In this document: positions 10,960 through 21,244 of the stretch, one piece after another
Layout: each line of letters begins with the position of its first letter
Numbering within the stretch: position 1 is the first letter of the stretch
Virus record (IMG/VR): IMGVR_UViG_3300032241_002679
Coordinates: 64,001-128,000 of that record
DNA: 64,000 bases
Origin: a virus
Reading direction: 5' to 3' (one strand)
Notes under the pieces: generated by a model
Seen by the model: only the letters and a program-made list of their open reading frames with translations
Told to the model about the DNA's origin: nothing
Databases searched by the model: none
Position numbers and translations under genes: made by a program

Positions 10960-11775
10960 ATGAAACAAACAGAAAATAAAAATTTAACGGACATTTCTGT
11001 CATACTTCCAGTACACGAAGTAGATGAAATAACAAAACAATTATTTCTAAATTCAGTAAAGAGTGTTGAGGGACAAAAAGTTAGACCAGATGAACTATTA
11101 ATTGTTGTTCCGACAAATAGTGAAGCTAGTAATTATGTAAAATCAGTAGATTACGGAGAAATAAAGGATATAGTTACTATACTAGAGAATGATGGTCCAA
11201 CGGATTTTGCTAGTCAGACAAATTTTGGTGTCAGTAATGCAAAATCAGAATGGGTATCTCTATTGGAATATGATGACGAATATGCTAATACATGGTTTAA
11301 AAATGTATTAGAATATCGTGAAGCCTATCCGAATGTAGGTTTATTTATGCCAATTATTGTTGACGTAGATTCTAAAGGCTTATTTGTTGGATTTACAAAT
11401 GAAGCTGTATGGGCAACTAGTTTTTCAGATGAAATTGGTATTTTAGATCTCAATGCATTATTGGCATATCAGAATTTTAATATTGATGGAATTGTGATTA
11501 AAAAATCATATTTTGATGAATATGGCGGTTTTAAGCCAAGCATTAAATTAACGTTTATTTATGAATTCTTGTTAAGAATGGCGTTTAAAGATGTAAGAAT
11601 TATGACGATTCCAAAATTTGGTTATAAACATATAAACCAAAGAGAAAATTCTTTATTCGCTAACTATAAGGATAGTATTAATCCAGTTGAAGCTAGATGG
11701 TGGCTTAGTCAAGCTAAGAAAGAATATTATTTTGACAAAGACAGAAAAATAACATATGATAAATCAATAGTCTAA
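10960..11775 (+). CDS. GT2-family glycosyltransferase
   Basis: ISVILPV, NFGV..AKSEWVSLLEYDD. Confidence 0.8.
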   Translation: MKQTENKNLTDISVILPVHEVDEITKQLFLNSVKSVEGQKVRPDELLIVVPTNSEASNYVKSVDYGEIKDIVTILENDGPTDFASQTNFGVSNAKSEWVSLLEYDDEYANTWFKNVLEYREAYPNVGLFMPIIVDVDSKGLFVGFTNEAVWATSFSDEIGILDLNALLAYQNFNIDGIVIKKSYFDEYGGFKPSIKLTFIYEFLLRMAFKDVRIMTIPKFGYKHINQRENSLFANYKDSINPVEARWWLSQAKKEYYFDKDRKITYDKSIV

Positions 11776-12501
11776 ATGGTTAATAAAAGGGGACGCAAAA
11801 GAAAGAATGAAATTTATTTTGGTCCAGATGAGGAGAAAGCCGTTAATGACTATTTAGCTTCAAGTGATGACAAAGAAAGAAACTTAATTTATAATCAATG
11901 GCTCAAAGATCCATTGGACAAAATGATAGAATCTATTATCAGAAGATATAAATTATATAGAAAGGGTGAAACGTTTGAAGATTTGCATACGGACACTCTT
12001 TCTTTTCTTATGACTAAAGCTCATAAATTTGAAAATGCAAGAGGTAAAAAAGCTTATTCTTATTATGGAACAATTTGTAAACATTATATTTTAGGTCTTT
12101 TAATAAAAGATGAAAAATATACTAGACAAACAGCTTCTTATGAAGATATTTCATCTAATATTGAAGAACGAAAAGATTTAAGTTATGTAATTGATGAAGA
12201 TGAATTTTCAATGGATGCATTTTTGTCTGAATTAATTGATGGTATCAAAAAAGAAATGGACGAAGATACTGTATCAAAAAAAAGGTTGACTGATAACGAA
12301 AAAAAAGTTGGCTATGCATTAATTGAAATATTAGAGAATTGGGAAAAAGCCTTTGATACAATGCGAGGCGGTTCAAAATATAATAAAAACTCAATTCTTG
12401 AGACAATGAGAAATTATACAAATCTATCCACTAAAGATATAAGACTCGCTATGAGAAGATTTAAAGAATTATACGAGTTATTAAAAAACAACAATTTATA
12501 A
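11776..12501 (+). CDS. phage sigma factor, gp55-like late sigma
   Basis: Region-2-like HKFENARGKKAYSYYGTICKHY; precedes structural genes. Confidence 0.65.
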   Translation: MVNKRGRKRKNEIYFGPDEEKAVNDYLASSDDKERNLIYNQWLKDPLDKMIESIIRRYKLYRKGETFEDLHTDTLSFLMTKAHKFENARGKKAYSYYGTICKHYILGLLIKDEKYTRQTASYEDISSNIEERKDLSYVIDEDEFSMDAFLSELIDGIKKEMDEDTVSKKRLTDNEKKVGYALIEILENWEKAFDTMRGGSKYNKNSILETMRNYTNLSTKDIRLAMRRFKELYELLKNNNL

Positions 12502-12548
12502 GCCTAAAAAAAACATTTTTTTAGGTATTTATATATAAACTATATTAT

Positions 12549-12932
12549 ATGCCTAGAAAAAAGAAACAGGATATTAAAATTAATAATTTAGCTAGTTTAG
12601 AAGGTCTATGTCAAGAAACATACAACGATGCTTGTTTGCAAATTATTGACGCTCAAATTAGTATAAATGAATTAAAGGTTAATTCCAATCCAGTTGATGT
12701 TGATGATTTAACAAAAATTGCTAAAGAAAAAGGTGGGTTATTGAAAGTTAAAGATTCCGCAATTAGAATTAAGTTGGAATTGGCAAAACTTCAGTCTGAA
12801 ATTATTAAAAATCAAGGTAATATCGAAGCTGCTGTACAAGAAAGAGGTCATGGACAAGCTTCATTAAATGATTTTAAGAGTATAAGAGAAATGCTTAAAA
12901 AAGACAATGACTTAAACACTGATTTTGAATAA
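12549..12932 (+). CDS. hypothetical helical protein (late)
   Basis: ORF after TATTTAT at 12526. Confidence 0.6.
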   Translation: MPRKKKQDIKINNLASLEGLCQETYNDACLQIIDAQISINELKVNSNPVDVDDLTKIAKEKGGLLKVKDSAIRIKLELAKLQSEIIKNQGNIEAAVQERGHGQASLNDFKSIREMLKKDNDLNTDFE

Positions 12933-12934
12933 CT

Positions 12935-14377
12935 ATGGGAGTTTTAGATCAAAAACAACAAATATTTGGCAACATTGCAGCTGCTAGATCTTTAACTGAG
13001 GGACTTCCTACGTTAAATGCAAACTCCTCATTTCCATCAATAAATAATGATGGGGATTCAATTAGTTTTTTAACTGATTTAATAAAAGCTCTAGTCGGAT
13101 TTCAAGAATTACAAAAGACAATAGAAACTATTATTAGTACAAATTTAATAGAAATTGAAAGAGAAATTAAAATTGCTTTAAAATCACAACTTAAATCAAT
13201 TGTAAGTTGCAATGTCAATCCTTCCATACCAGATTGGTTAAAATATGGTAATGTAGGTGCTAAATTTAAAGTATCTCAAGTTGATTTTGTAAATTTAATG
13301 TTTGTTAACCCAACTTCAGATGCTGGCAAATTATTATATAATAATATTAAATCAAATTTAATAGATAGTACTGATTTTAATACATTTTTGTATCAAACCA
13401 TTCAAAATAATGGTACTGTAGAAGGATGGGGACATCAAACTATGGGCGATGATATTTTAAATTTTAAATATACAGCTAAAGATATAAGTAATACAGATCC
13501 AAACAATACTATAACTGTCAATGCTAGTAAGTATTATACCAATAATAAAACATTAACAGATTTAAATAATGATTATATTGATAGTGTAAATTTATTAAAT
13601 GCGCCAAAACTAATCACTAATTTAATTGATAATATTTTTGGCACCGTCTCAAGTACTCTTAATAAATCTCTTACACAATTAAATAAAGAAGCTCAAATAA
13701 CAACAGTTGTAAATAATCTTACAAAAGCAAAATCAAACGATGTTATAAATAGTAGTTATTTTCAATTTAATAGTAGTCAAATCAGTGCTCAGGAGGCAAA
13801 TGCATTACAGAGAAGAAACGGACAATCATTAGTAACTACTAGTAGTCAAATACAGACAAGCGTACCGTTTAGTTCTCTACAGACAATGAATACAAATGTA
13901 AGTAGTGCTACTAATCCTCTAGAAACAAGAAACGCTGTTTCATCATCATTAAATAGTATTGGAAATGATTTAGGTTCTTTAGCAACTAACCCAATTGATG
14001 CAAATACTATTAAATTAAATTTTATTCAATCATTAATTGATAATTTAATTAAATGCATTGTAGATACAATCTTATCCCCAAAAATTGTATCACTTTTTTT
14101 ATTAAATTATAAAATTATAAATGGACCAACAGCAACATTTACTGATGTTATTGATTTTATGGAAAAAAATAAAAATTTATTATATAATGTTATAAAGGGT
14201 ATTTCAGCTTCAATAATTAAAGTATTATTAAAATTTGCTTTAGGGGAAATTGGAAAATTGGTTACTGCATCTGTGGGGAAAAAATCATTAGATAAAAATA
14301 ATTTATATATAGCACAATTATTAACATTAGTTGGTGTTCCGCCAAGTATTATACAATTAATAAATAAACTAGTATGA
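12935..14377 (+). CDS. putative virion structural protein
   Basis: 480 aa, N/S/T-rich, upstream of the spike gene. Confidence 0.5.
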   Translation: MGVLDQKQQIFGNIAAARSLTEGLPTLNANSSFPSINNDGDSISFLTDLIKALVGFQELQKTIETIISTNLIEIEREIKIALKSQLKSIVSCNVNPSIPDWLKYGNVGAKFKVSQVDFVNLMFVNPTSDAGKLLYNNIKSNLIDSTDFNTFLYQTIQNNGTVEGWGHQTMGDDILNFKYTAKDISNTDPNNTITVNASKYYTNNKTLTDLNNDYIDSVNLLNAPKLITNLIDNIFGTVSSTLNKSLTQLNKEAQITTVVNNLTKAKSNDVINSSYFQFNSSQISAQEANALQRRNGQSLVTTSSQIQTSVPFSSLQTMNTNVSSATNPLETRNAVSSSLNSIGNDLGSLATNPIDANTIKLNFIQSLIDNLIKCIVDTILSPKIVSLFLLNYKIINGPTATFTDVIDFMEKNKNLLYNVIKGISASIIKVLLKFALGEIGKLVTASVGKKSLDKNNLYIAQLLTLVGVPPSIIQLINKLV

Positions 14378-14823
14378 GTGATGTAAATACAGGAATGCAA
14401 TCGCAAACTCCTACAAATAATTTTGATTTTAGTTCCATTAGTGATGTATTAAATGTCGTTAGTTCTTCATTTAGTATATCAGATACCCCTATAACACCTC
14501 TTCCACCACCACTTATATTAATTGGTGGTGTACTTAGAACTGGGTTGAGTGCTGATGAAATAGCATCAAATATTATATCAAGACAATCAGAAGCTGGATT
14601 AATTGTTGGGGATGCATTTGCTGATGGAAAAAATTCATTAGAACAAATGGAATTGATAAGAATTCAAGAAATAATAAAGGCACTAATGCTTAATGCTAAA
14701 ATAGAAGTTGTAATCCCACCAGGTGTTTCTGTTACATCCGTTGGTATAGGTAATTTAGGGGCACCAGTATTATCATTAGGTTATACAACAACTATTGGTT
14801 CTGGATATGGTGTAATACGTTAA
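14374..14823 (+). CDS. putative baseplate-associated protein
   Basis: ORF in structural operon; Gly-rich C-terminus. Confidence 0.45.
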   Translation: MSDVNTGMQSQTPTNNFDFSSISDVLNVVSSSFSISDTPITPLPPPLILIGGVLRTGLSADEIASNIISRQSEAGLIVGDAFADGKNSLEQMELIRIQEIIKALMLNAKIEVVIPPGVSVTSVGIGNLGAPVLSLGYTTTIGSGYGVIR

Positions 14824-14833
14824 ATTTTTTAAT

Positions 14834-15013
14834 ATGACAGTAAATTTTGAGGAAATGTCTAATAATGAAATACTCTTTCATATAAAACAATTAGAAGCTG
14901 ATCATGAGGCTATAAAAATTAAAATGCTTAGGGATTATGATAAAATGATTGAATTAGAAAATGAATTTGATAAAGCAAATAAAATTTTATTAAAAAGATT
15001 AAAAGGCGAATAA
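14834..15013 (+). CDS. small coiled-coil protein (59 aa, not in the ORF track)
   Basis: ATG 14834 to TAA 15013 fills the gap exactly (MTVNFEEMSNNEIL...LKGE). Confidence 0.75.
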   Translation: MTVNFEEMSNNEILFHIKQLEADHEAIKIKMLRDYDKMIELENEFDKANKILLKRLKGE

Positions 15014-15014
15014 C

Positions 15015-15992
15015 ATGGCTGGTGGAGAATATAAATATATATTTGGACAGAATAAATTAGTTCCTAATGAAGAAGCTCTTAAAAGGGTTCAAATTGGTAT
15101 TGTGGCTAGCGTTGATGATCCAAATTCATTGGGGAGAATAAAAGCAGTTATCCAAGGACCAGCACAAAAAGGAGGTGATGACGGATTATCATTAGATGAA
15201 TTAGCTTGGTGTTATCCAATGGTACCAAAATTTTTCTTATCAACACCAAAAGTCGGTGAGGCTGTATTTATCTTTATTCTTAATGATAAAAAAACACATG
15301 CTGATAGATTATATCTCGGCCCAATAATTTCTCAGTTAAATAAGTTAGATTATGACTCAATTAATTCAACAGCCCTAAGCTCATTTAGTTTTGCTCTATT
15401 AAATCCAACATCTAATTTTGATACAATACCAGCATTAAAAGGTGTATTTCCATTAGTTGATGATATTTCAATCCAAGGTAGATATAACACAGATATTATA
15501 CTGAGAGAAAATGAAATATTAATAAGAGCTGGTAAATTTGTTGAAAGTACGCCAACACAGACTAATCCATATAATTTTCAATTTAATAATACCACACAGG
15601 GTTATTTTCACATAAAAAATAATGTATACCTTGAAGCACAGAGTAAATCAGATACAAGAGCAAAGGGTAGTGTCGCTAATATTATAGCAAACAAAATAAA
15701 TTTAATATCTCTTAATGGTACGCCACAATTTAATGTTTTACAACAAGACGGACAAATAAATGATGATGAAATATTAAATATAATTCAAAAAGCCCATCCA
15801 GTTCCATTTGGTGATTTACTTGTAGAATATCTTAAACTATTTAAAAAAGCATTTTTAAACCACGTACATAATGCATATGGTCAAGCACCACCCACAGATC
15901 TCACAAGTGGAACTTTAAATGTCACTGATTTTAGAAATAAATCCGATGATTTAGAAGCTAGAATGTTATCCAAAAATATTAATATTAACTAA
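15015..15992 (+). CDS. baseplate central spike (gp5/VgrG OB-fold)
   Basis: GIVASVDDPNSLGRIKA, PKVGEAV, C-terminal HVH. Confidence 0.8.
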   Translation: MAGGEYKYIFGQNKLVPNEEALKRVQIGIVASVDDPNSLGRIKAVIQGPAQKGGDDGLSLDELAWCYPMVPKFFLSTPKVGEAVFIFILNDKKTHADRLYLGPIISQLNKLDYDSINSTALSSFSFALLNPTSNFDTIPALKGVFPLVDDISIQGRYNTDIILRENEILIRAGKFVESTPTQTNPYNFQFNNTTQGYFHIKNNVYLEAQSKSDTRAKGSVANIIANKINLISLNGTPQFNVLQQDGQINDDEILNIIQKAHPVPFGDLLVEYLKLFKKAFLNHVHNAYGQAPPTDLTSGTLNVTDFRNKSDDLEARMLSKNININ

Positions 15993-16019
15993 TATTGTGA
16001 TATTTATTATAAAAAGATA

Positions 16020-17435
16020 ATGGTATTAAGAACCTTTTTTGATAAAACTAACACTATTGTTTATAATGATTACACCAATACTGGTAGAAACCCAATTGCT
16101 CAATTATTCTATGGTGGCTCAGATGGACTAAATACATATAGCCGTCTGTTATTTCATTTTGATGAATCTAGATTAATTAATTACTATACTGGTGGCACTT
16201 TTACAGATTTAAATAAAGTAAAACATATACTTAAATTAACAAATACTAGTTCGTTTGATAAATCATTATTAAATACTTCATACGATGGTATATATAATAG
16301 AAGCTCATCATTTGATTTAATTGTTTTCCCAGTTAATCAAATCTGGGACGAAGGTGTTGGTTATGATTATACAAATGGTTCAAATTTAATAAATGGAGAT
16401 TTGGCTGTTTCTACATTGCCATCTAACTGGTTTTATTCACAGAGTGGTATATATTGGGATAATGGTGGTGGTACTTTTTCAGGATCACCATCAGAAATGA
16501 TCATAGCGACACAACATTTCGATGCTGGTAATGAAAATATGGAAGTTGATGTAACTGATTTTGTGAATGGTATATTAACTGGTAATACAAATTATGGAAT
16601 GGGTATAGCATATTCTTATGCATTTGAACAAACAAGTACGCCACAAATACAGTATGTAGGATTTTTTACAAGACATACTCAAACTGCTTATGAGCCATAT
16701 ATAGAAACAAGATATGAAAACTATATTCAAGACGATAGAAATAACTTCTTTCTAGATAAGATTAACAAATTGTATTTATACGTTAATTTGGCTGGAAATC
16801 CGACCAATTTAGATACACTACCTACTGTTACAGTATATGATAATTATGGTGGCATATTTTCAGCCTATACAAGCTCTGACGTAAATCATATAACTAAAGG
16901 CGTTTATAGTATAGATTTACTCATACCAACAAATACATCATTTAGCGATGGTATGCTATTAAATGATGTATGGGGTAATATTCTTATTAATGGTATATCA
17001 AGACCAGATATAAAACTTAGCTTTGAATTAATGGATAGTTGGAAATACTATAATCTAGGTAGTAGCGATTCATTACCAAAACAAGTAGCTGTAACCGTAT
17101 CTGGAATATATGCAAATGAAAAAATTAAACGTGGTGATATTAGAAAAGTAATTGTATCAACAAGAATACCATATACCGTTAATCAGACCCAAGTAATAAC
17201 TGGATTAAAATATAGACTATACGTAACAGAAGGACAAAATGAATTAACTATTGTTGATTATGAACAAATAGAAATGACTAGCAATAGTAATTACTTTTTA
17301 ATAGATACACAGAGTTTATTACCAAATACTTATTATGTAGATATAAAAGTAGAATCTAATTTAGAAATTATTACATTAAGTAATGTATTAAATTTTGATA
17401 TAACAAGTCAATCAACATGGAGAATTAGCCAATAA
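16020..17435 (+). CDS. virion structural protein (baseplate/tail)
   Basis: Beta-rich 471 aa, SRLLFHFD and WDEGVG motifs; late motif at 16001. Confidence 0.55.
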   Translation: MVLRTFFDKTNTIVYNDYTNTGRNPIAQLFYGGSDGLNTYSRLLFHFDESRLINYYTGGTFTDLNKVKHILKLTNTSSFDKSLLNTSYDGIYNRSSSFDLIVFPVNQIWDEGVGYDYTNGSNLINGDLAVSTLPSNWFYSQSGIYWDNGGGTFSGSPSEMIIATQHFDAGNENMEVDVTDFVNGILTGNTNYGMGIAYSYAFEQTSTPQIQYVGFFTRHTQTAYEPYIETRYENYIQDDRNNFFLDKINKLYLYVNLAGNPTNLDTLPTVTVYDNYGGIFSAYTSSDVNHITKGVYSIDLLIPTNTSFSDGMLLNDVWGNILINGISRPDIKLSFELMDSWKYYNLGSSDSLPKQVAVTVSGIYANEKIKRGDIRKVIVSTRIPYTVNQTQVITGLKYRLYVTEGQNELTIVDYEQIEMTSNSNYFLIDTQSLLPNTYYVDIKVESNLEIITLSNVLNFDITSQSTWRISQ

Positions 17436-17800
17436 TGAAAACATTTTTTAAAATATTATTATCCGATAGTAATAAAATATCTATGAAAAGATTCATAGGA
17501 TTATTATGTCTTATTATGTTTATAGCCTATGGAATTGTTGGTCTATATAAACCATTTAACCAAAGTTTCTGGATATTCTATGTAAGTCTATGTACCATAA
17601 CCATTTGGATCGCATTTAAATTTATGACATCCGATAAAATTCTTAAATATGATGTAATTGGTAAACTTACAAAATTTAATAATATTAAAAATGCTGTTGA
17701 AAATTTTACAGAAGAAGAAAATGAATTAGATGATAATATTCAACCAAATAATACAGCCTCAGGATCTACTTCAAATACAACATCCGCTCCAATGGAATAA
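17435..17800 (+). CDS. two-TM membrane protein (holin-like candidate)
   Basis: SMKRFIG followed by two hydrophobic helices. Confidence 0.5.
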   Translation: MKTFFKILLSDSNKISMKRFIGLLCLIMFIAYGIVGLYKPFNQSFWIFYVSLCTITIWIAFKFMTSDKILKYDVIGKLTKFNNIKNAVENFTEEENELDDNIQPNNTASGSTSNTTSAPME

Positions 17801-17813
17801 TTTTTAAAAATTA

Positions 17814-17844
17814 CTTGACTATTTAATAATTATTATTATATTTT
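17814..17844 (+). promoter_or_regulatory. host-RNAP (Bacteroidota-type) promoter
   Basis: cTTG-N19-TATATTTT. Confidence 0.55.
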
Positions 17845-17845
17845 A

Positions 17846-17918
17846 TTTACGTTAACTCAAGTATTGGAACCCAGAATTAAATGTCTGTTGAGTCATTAAA
17901 TGACAAAGGTTTTAGTAC
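17846..17918 (+). ncRNA. candidate structured 5' leader (three-way junction with two AUUAAAUG loops)
   Basis: 17861-71 pairs with 17908-18 (11 bp, 3 G-U); hairpins at 17872-87 and 17892-904; 17846-60 pairs with 18816-30. Confidence 0.6.
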
Positions 17919-17949
17919 ATAATAACAAAAAAATTAAAAGTTAATTATT

Positions 17950-18807
17950 ATGAAAAAAAACTATGTAAATGGTGCATTGGCACCAAGTGCTGTGATTTGT
18001 ATTAACAAATCCAGACTAAAAATCTATCACAAAGAAAGTAATCCGACCTATTATCTAGAAAATGGTCAGGAATTCTCAATTGAACTTCACAATCCAACTC
18101 ACAATACCGTTCTAGCTAAAATAGAGCTTAATGGTAAGCAGATCTCACAGGGTGGTATAGTATTAAGGCCAGCAGAAAGAATCTTCCTAGAGCGTTATAT
18201 AGACGTTCCTAATAAGTTTAAATTTGAGACATATAAGGTCTCAAATACTAAAGAAAATAGGGAAGCAATAAAGGAAAATGGGGATATTGTCGTTAGGTTT
18301 TATAATGAATCAACACCATATACCACATATACATATAATCCAATCCTTACCAATGGTACATATTATAATAATAATTTACAATATTATTATAATAACCCTA
18401 ACTTTACTACTGCATCACCTAAGTTTACGGTAACTACTACCAATGGAATTGCTACTAGTGGTTCTTATAGTGCATTAAATGCATTAAACACTACCAATAC
18501 CTTTAATTCATCTGGTACATTGAATATGACCACAATGGATGCTTTTGCTGGTAACGCTACAAGTAATTATACATCATCAATAGAGACTGGTCGTGTTGAA
18601 GGTGGAAGTGATTCAAATCAGAAATTTCAATTTGTAAACAAAATGTTTGATAATTATCCGTTTTTTACTGTTGAATATAAATTACTACCATTTTCCAATA
18701 AAATTAATACTGTGGGGGATATTAATGTTAAAAGATATTGTCACAATTGTGGGGCAAAATTAAAATCAGAATACAAATATTGTCCACACTGTTCTGTAAA
18801 AATATAA
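17950..18807 (+). CDS. Ig-like domain, N/T/Y low-complexity linker and C-terminal zinc ribbon
   Basis: CHNCG...CPHC; stand-alone transcription unit. Confidence 0.75.
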   Translation: MKKNYVNGALAPSAVICINKSRLKIYHKESNPTYYLENGQEFSIELHNPTHNTVLAKIELNGKQISQGGIVLRPAERIFLERYIDVPNKFKFETYKVSNTKENREAIKENGDIVVRFYNESTPYTTYTYNPILTNGTYYNNNLQYYYNNPNFTTASPKFTVTTTNGIATSGSYSALNALNTTNTFNSSGTLNMTTMDAFAGNATSNYTSSIETGRVEGGSDSNQKFQFVNKMFDNYPFFTVEYKLLPFSNKINTVGDINVKRYCHNCGAKLKSEYKYCPHCSVKI

Positions 18808-18827
18808 ATAAATAATTGAGTTAACGT

Positions 18828-18856
18828 AAAAAGCTGAGATTTACTCAGCTTTTTTT
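18828..18856. terminator. bidirectional intrinsic terminator
   Basis: aaaaagctgag-attta-ctcagcttttttt between convergent genes. Confidence 0.85.
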
Positions 18857-18859
18857 AAT

Positions 18860-19258
18860 TTAAACGGTATATTTAATTTTGTCATCATCCGCAACATTTG
18901 TCTTTAATTCTGATTTTTGAAGTATTTTAATAGCGTTATCTATAGATATTATTTTAAACATAGTAAAAGGAACAATACCATCCCATACTACCTCTTCTGC
19001 ATAACCATATTTTGGCAATTTATTCGTCTTAAATAATATAGCAACTTGTCTTTTTTCATTCTTTGGTAAAACAGCACCTTTATTATATATTCCCCATTTT
19101 GCTGAAACCGCCCATGTACTAAAACCATCCTTACCTAATGATTTTTTATCAATTATATTTTTACTATTTTCTAATGTAGTAAAATGTATAAACATATCAT
19201 CACTTAAACTTTTTTTAATTAGTTCTTCTTTTAATATTTTTTTTATGAACAATTTCAT
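18860..19258 (-). CDS. putative ADP-ribosyltransferase-fold protein with LxE leader
   Basis: Likely ATG 19258 (MKLFIKKILKEE); HFT..N..NII and EEVV..G.VP pattern. Confidence 0.45.
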   Translation of the reverse strand: MKLFIKKILKEELIKKSLSDDMFIHFTTLENSKNIIDKKSLGKDGFSTWAVSAKWGIYNKGAVLPKNEKRQVAILFKTNKLPKYGYAEEVVWDGIVPFTMFKIISIDNAIKILQKSELKTNVADDDKIKYTV

Positions 19259-19282
19259 AATAATAAATATTGTCTTTAAAAC

Positions 19283-19310
19283 AAAAAAGCCCCACATAAG
19301 TAGGGCTTTT
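19283..19310 (-). terminator. terminator after the major capsid gene
   Basis: aaaagccctac-ttat-gtggggctttttt (minus strand). Confidence 0.85.
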
Positions 19311-19331
19311 AAGTTTATATTCTTGAATCGA

Positions 19332-21224
19332 TTATCTCAATTCAGCTACATTAAATGTAACCACACCATCAACTCTAACACCAGCATAGAATCTGTTATT
19401 AACAGATTTCTTAGCATAACGTGTCATGATACCTTTAACAGGAGCAAAGTTGAAAGGATTGTACATAGTTGGGGTTAATTGCAATGGCACATATGGCGCA
19501 TAGATATAACCAGTATCCAACAATGATTTACCTTTATGACCTACAATGACACTGTAAGCAGGAGAATAAGGGTCACGATACACTTGGTAACGACCACTCA
19601 ATGTTCCAATTCTTTCAATACCCATGTTATATTGGTCTTGCTCAGGGTTAGCATCACTTACGTGGAAATATTCAAGATCATCGAATATTGCAGAAATTTC
19701 TGAAGATACTACGATGAAGTTTGCACCACCACGCAATGTTGATTTATGAATTTGTGCGCTAAGTTGATTAATCTTAGTGATAAGAGTTTGGTTCCAGTCT
19801 TTTTGTGTATAAGGACTAGCAGCTGAAGAAGCTTTTCTCCAACCATTATAATCCCAACGCAATTGCCAAGCACCAAGTTTACGTAAATCTCTAAGGATTT
19901 CACGGTCAATTTCAGCAGCAATTTGTTCAGACAACATAGCAGTCAATTCAGCTTCAGCGTCAATGTTATGGAAAGCACTAACGTCTTGAGCCAATTCAGG
20001 TGACCACGTTGCTCTTAATTTTCTTTCTTCAACAGCCACAACAACTTCTTGAAGTGTGAAGGTAACTTCTCCAAGTTCTGTTTCAAGTTCCAAAGAACTA
20101 TATTCAGCCCATGCAAAAGAGAAAATATTAGTATATGCTGATGCTGTAGAACCAGAAGCTCCTACATAACCATCATAAGTTGATGTACCGTTAACGGCAG
20201 CACCAGTAGCAGATGTACCAACTGGATGTCTAAGATCCATCTCAATATATATTACACCTTGTGGTGATGTTAATGAACCTTTATTTTGAACAATAGCCTT
20301 ACCATATTGTTGAGTTACTACTCTGAAAGGAACTTCTTTATTAGCAGCAACAATAACGTTATTATCTTGGTCCAAAATGTTTGAAGAAGTAACACAGTGT
20401 AATGAAGCTAAGAAAGATTCAGTATCCATGTTATTACCATCTGGTCCTGTTAATACTTCAGTACCATTAGAACCACCAGCACCGCCACTAAATCCACTTA
20501 AACCGATAATTACACCTCTCAATGAACCATCAGTACTTGTAGGTAAAGAAGAAGCTGGAGCAGCTACATTAAGATTACCAGTTGAATCAAATGTATAAGC
20601 GTTTAATGAAACACCAGTACCTGCACCAGAAGTTTTAATAGTCAAAGTACCTTTAGAATTATCAAACAAGCCATCATTGTAGAAAATATCATACAAATTT
20701 TTAGCATAGAATTGAGTTAATGGTGTGTTATTTGTAGCTTTTACTACTGCATAAGGTAATGCAGCATTTGTAGCAGAACCATTGTGTTCACCATTCAATC
20801 CAGTATGTGCTGAATATGTTGTACCATATACATCACTACTTGAAGTTGTGCTATAATCATTTCCTGCAACACCACCACCGTCAACACGGCTAGATGTCTG
20901 AGGTACGAAGTAGAACAATTTACCGATAGGCATGTTCATTGCTTGAACAGATACGATATCGTTAGCCAATAATTTAGAGAATACTCTTCTCACAATTGGG
21001 AATACAACTGTTTCGAAAGAACCTGATGAAGTAGCAGTTGTAGACTCATTCAAAAGCGTTGATGCTTGGTTCTCATATAATTGGGCAATGTTTTCTTTTA
21101 CATGACCTTTAAGGCCTTCCAAGAATCCCAAGCTATCCCATTTTGCTTGAGTTTCTTTACGGATTGCTTTCATATGGTTCAATCCGATGTTACCAACTTG
21201 TCCTGATGTTAATAAATGTGACAT
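19332..21224 (-). CDS. gp23: T4-like major capsid protein
   Basis: IVSVQAMNMPIG, RKLRATWSPELAQD, DAEAEL, EIDREI, YAPYVPL, MTRY. Confidence 0.97.
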   Translation of the reverse strand: MSHLLTSGQVGNIGLNHMKAIRKETQAKWDSLGFLEGLKGHVKENIAQLYENQASTLLNESTTATSSGSFETVVFPIVRRVFSKLLANDIVSVQAMNMPIGKLFYFVPQTSSRVDGGGVAGNDYSTTSSSDVYGTTYSAHTGLNGEHNGSATNAALPYAVVKATNNTPLTQFYAKNLYDIFYNDGLFDNSKGTLTIKTSGAGTGVSLNAYTFDSTGNLNVAAPASSLPTSTDGSLRGVIIGLSGFSGGAGGSNGTEVLTGPDGNNMDTESFLASLHCVTSSNILDQDNNVIVAANKEVPFRVVTQQYGKAIVQNKGSLTSPQGVIYIEMDLRHPVGTSATGAAVNGTSTYDGYVGASGSTASAYTNIFSFAWAEYSSLELETELGEVTFTLQEVVVAVEERKLRATWSPELAQDVSAFHNIDAEAELTAMLSEQIAAEIDREILRDLRKLGAWQLRWDYNGWRKASSAASPYTQKDWNQTLITKINQLSAQIHKSTLRGGANFIVVSSEISAIFDDLEYFHVSDANPEQDQYNMGIERIGTLSGRYQVYRDPYSPAYSVIVGHKGKSLLDTGYIYAPYVPLQLTPTMYNPFNFAPVKGIMTRYAKKSVNNRFYAGVRVDGVVTFNVAELR

Positions 21225-21244
21225 AGTGTTATTTGTTTTTTTTT

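Noticed and set aside
12549-12932. Small terminase assignment
   Set aside because: Size and helicity fit, but there is no diagnostic motif and it is far from the large terminase gene.
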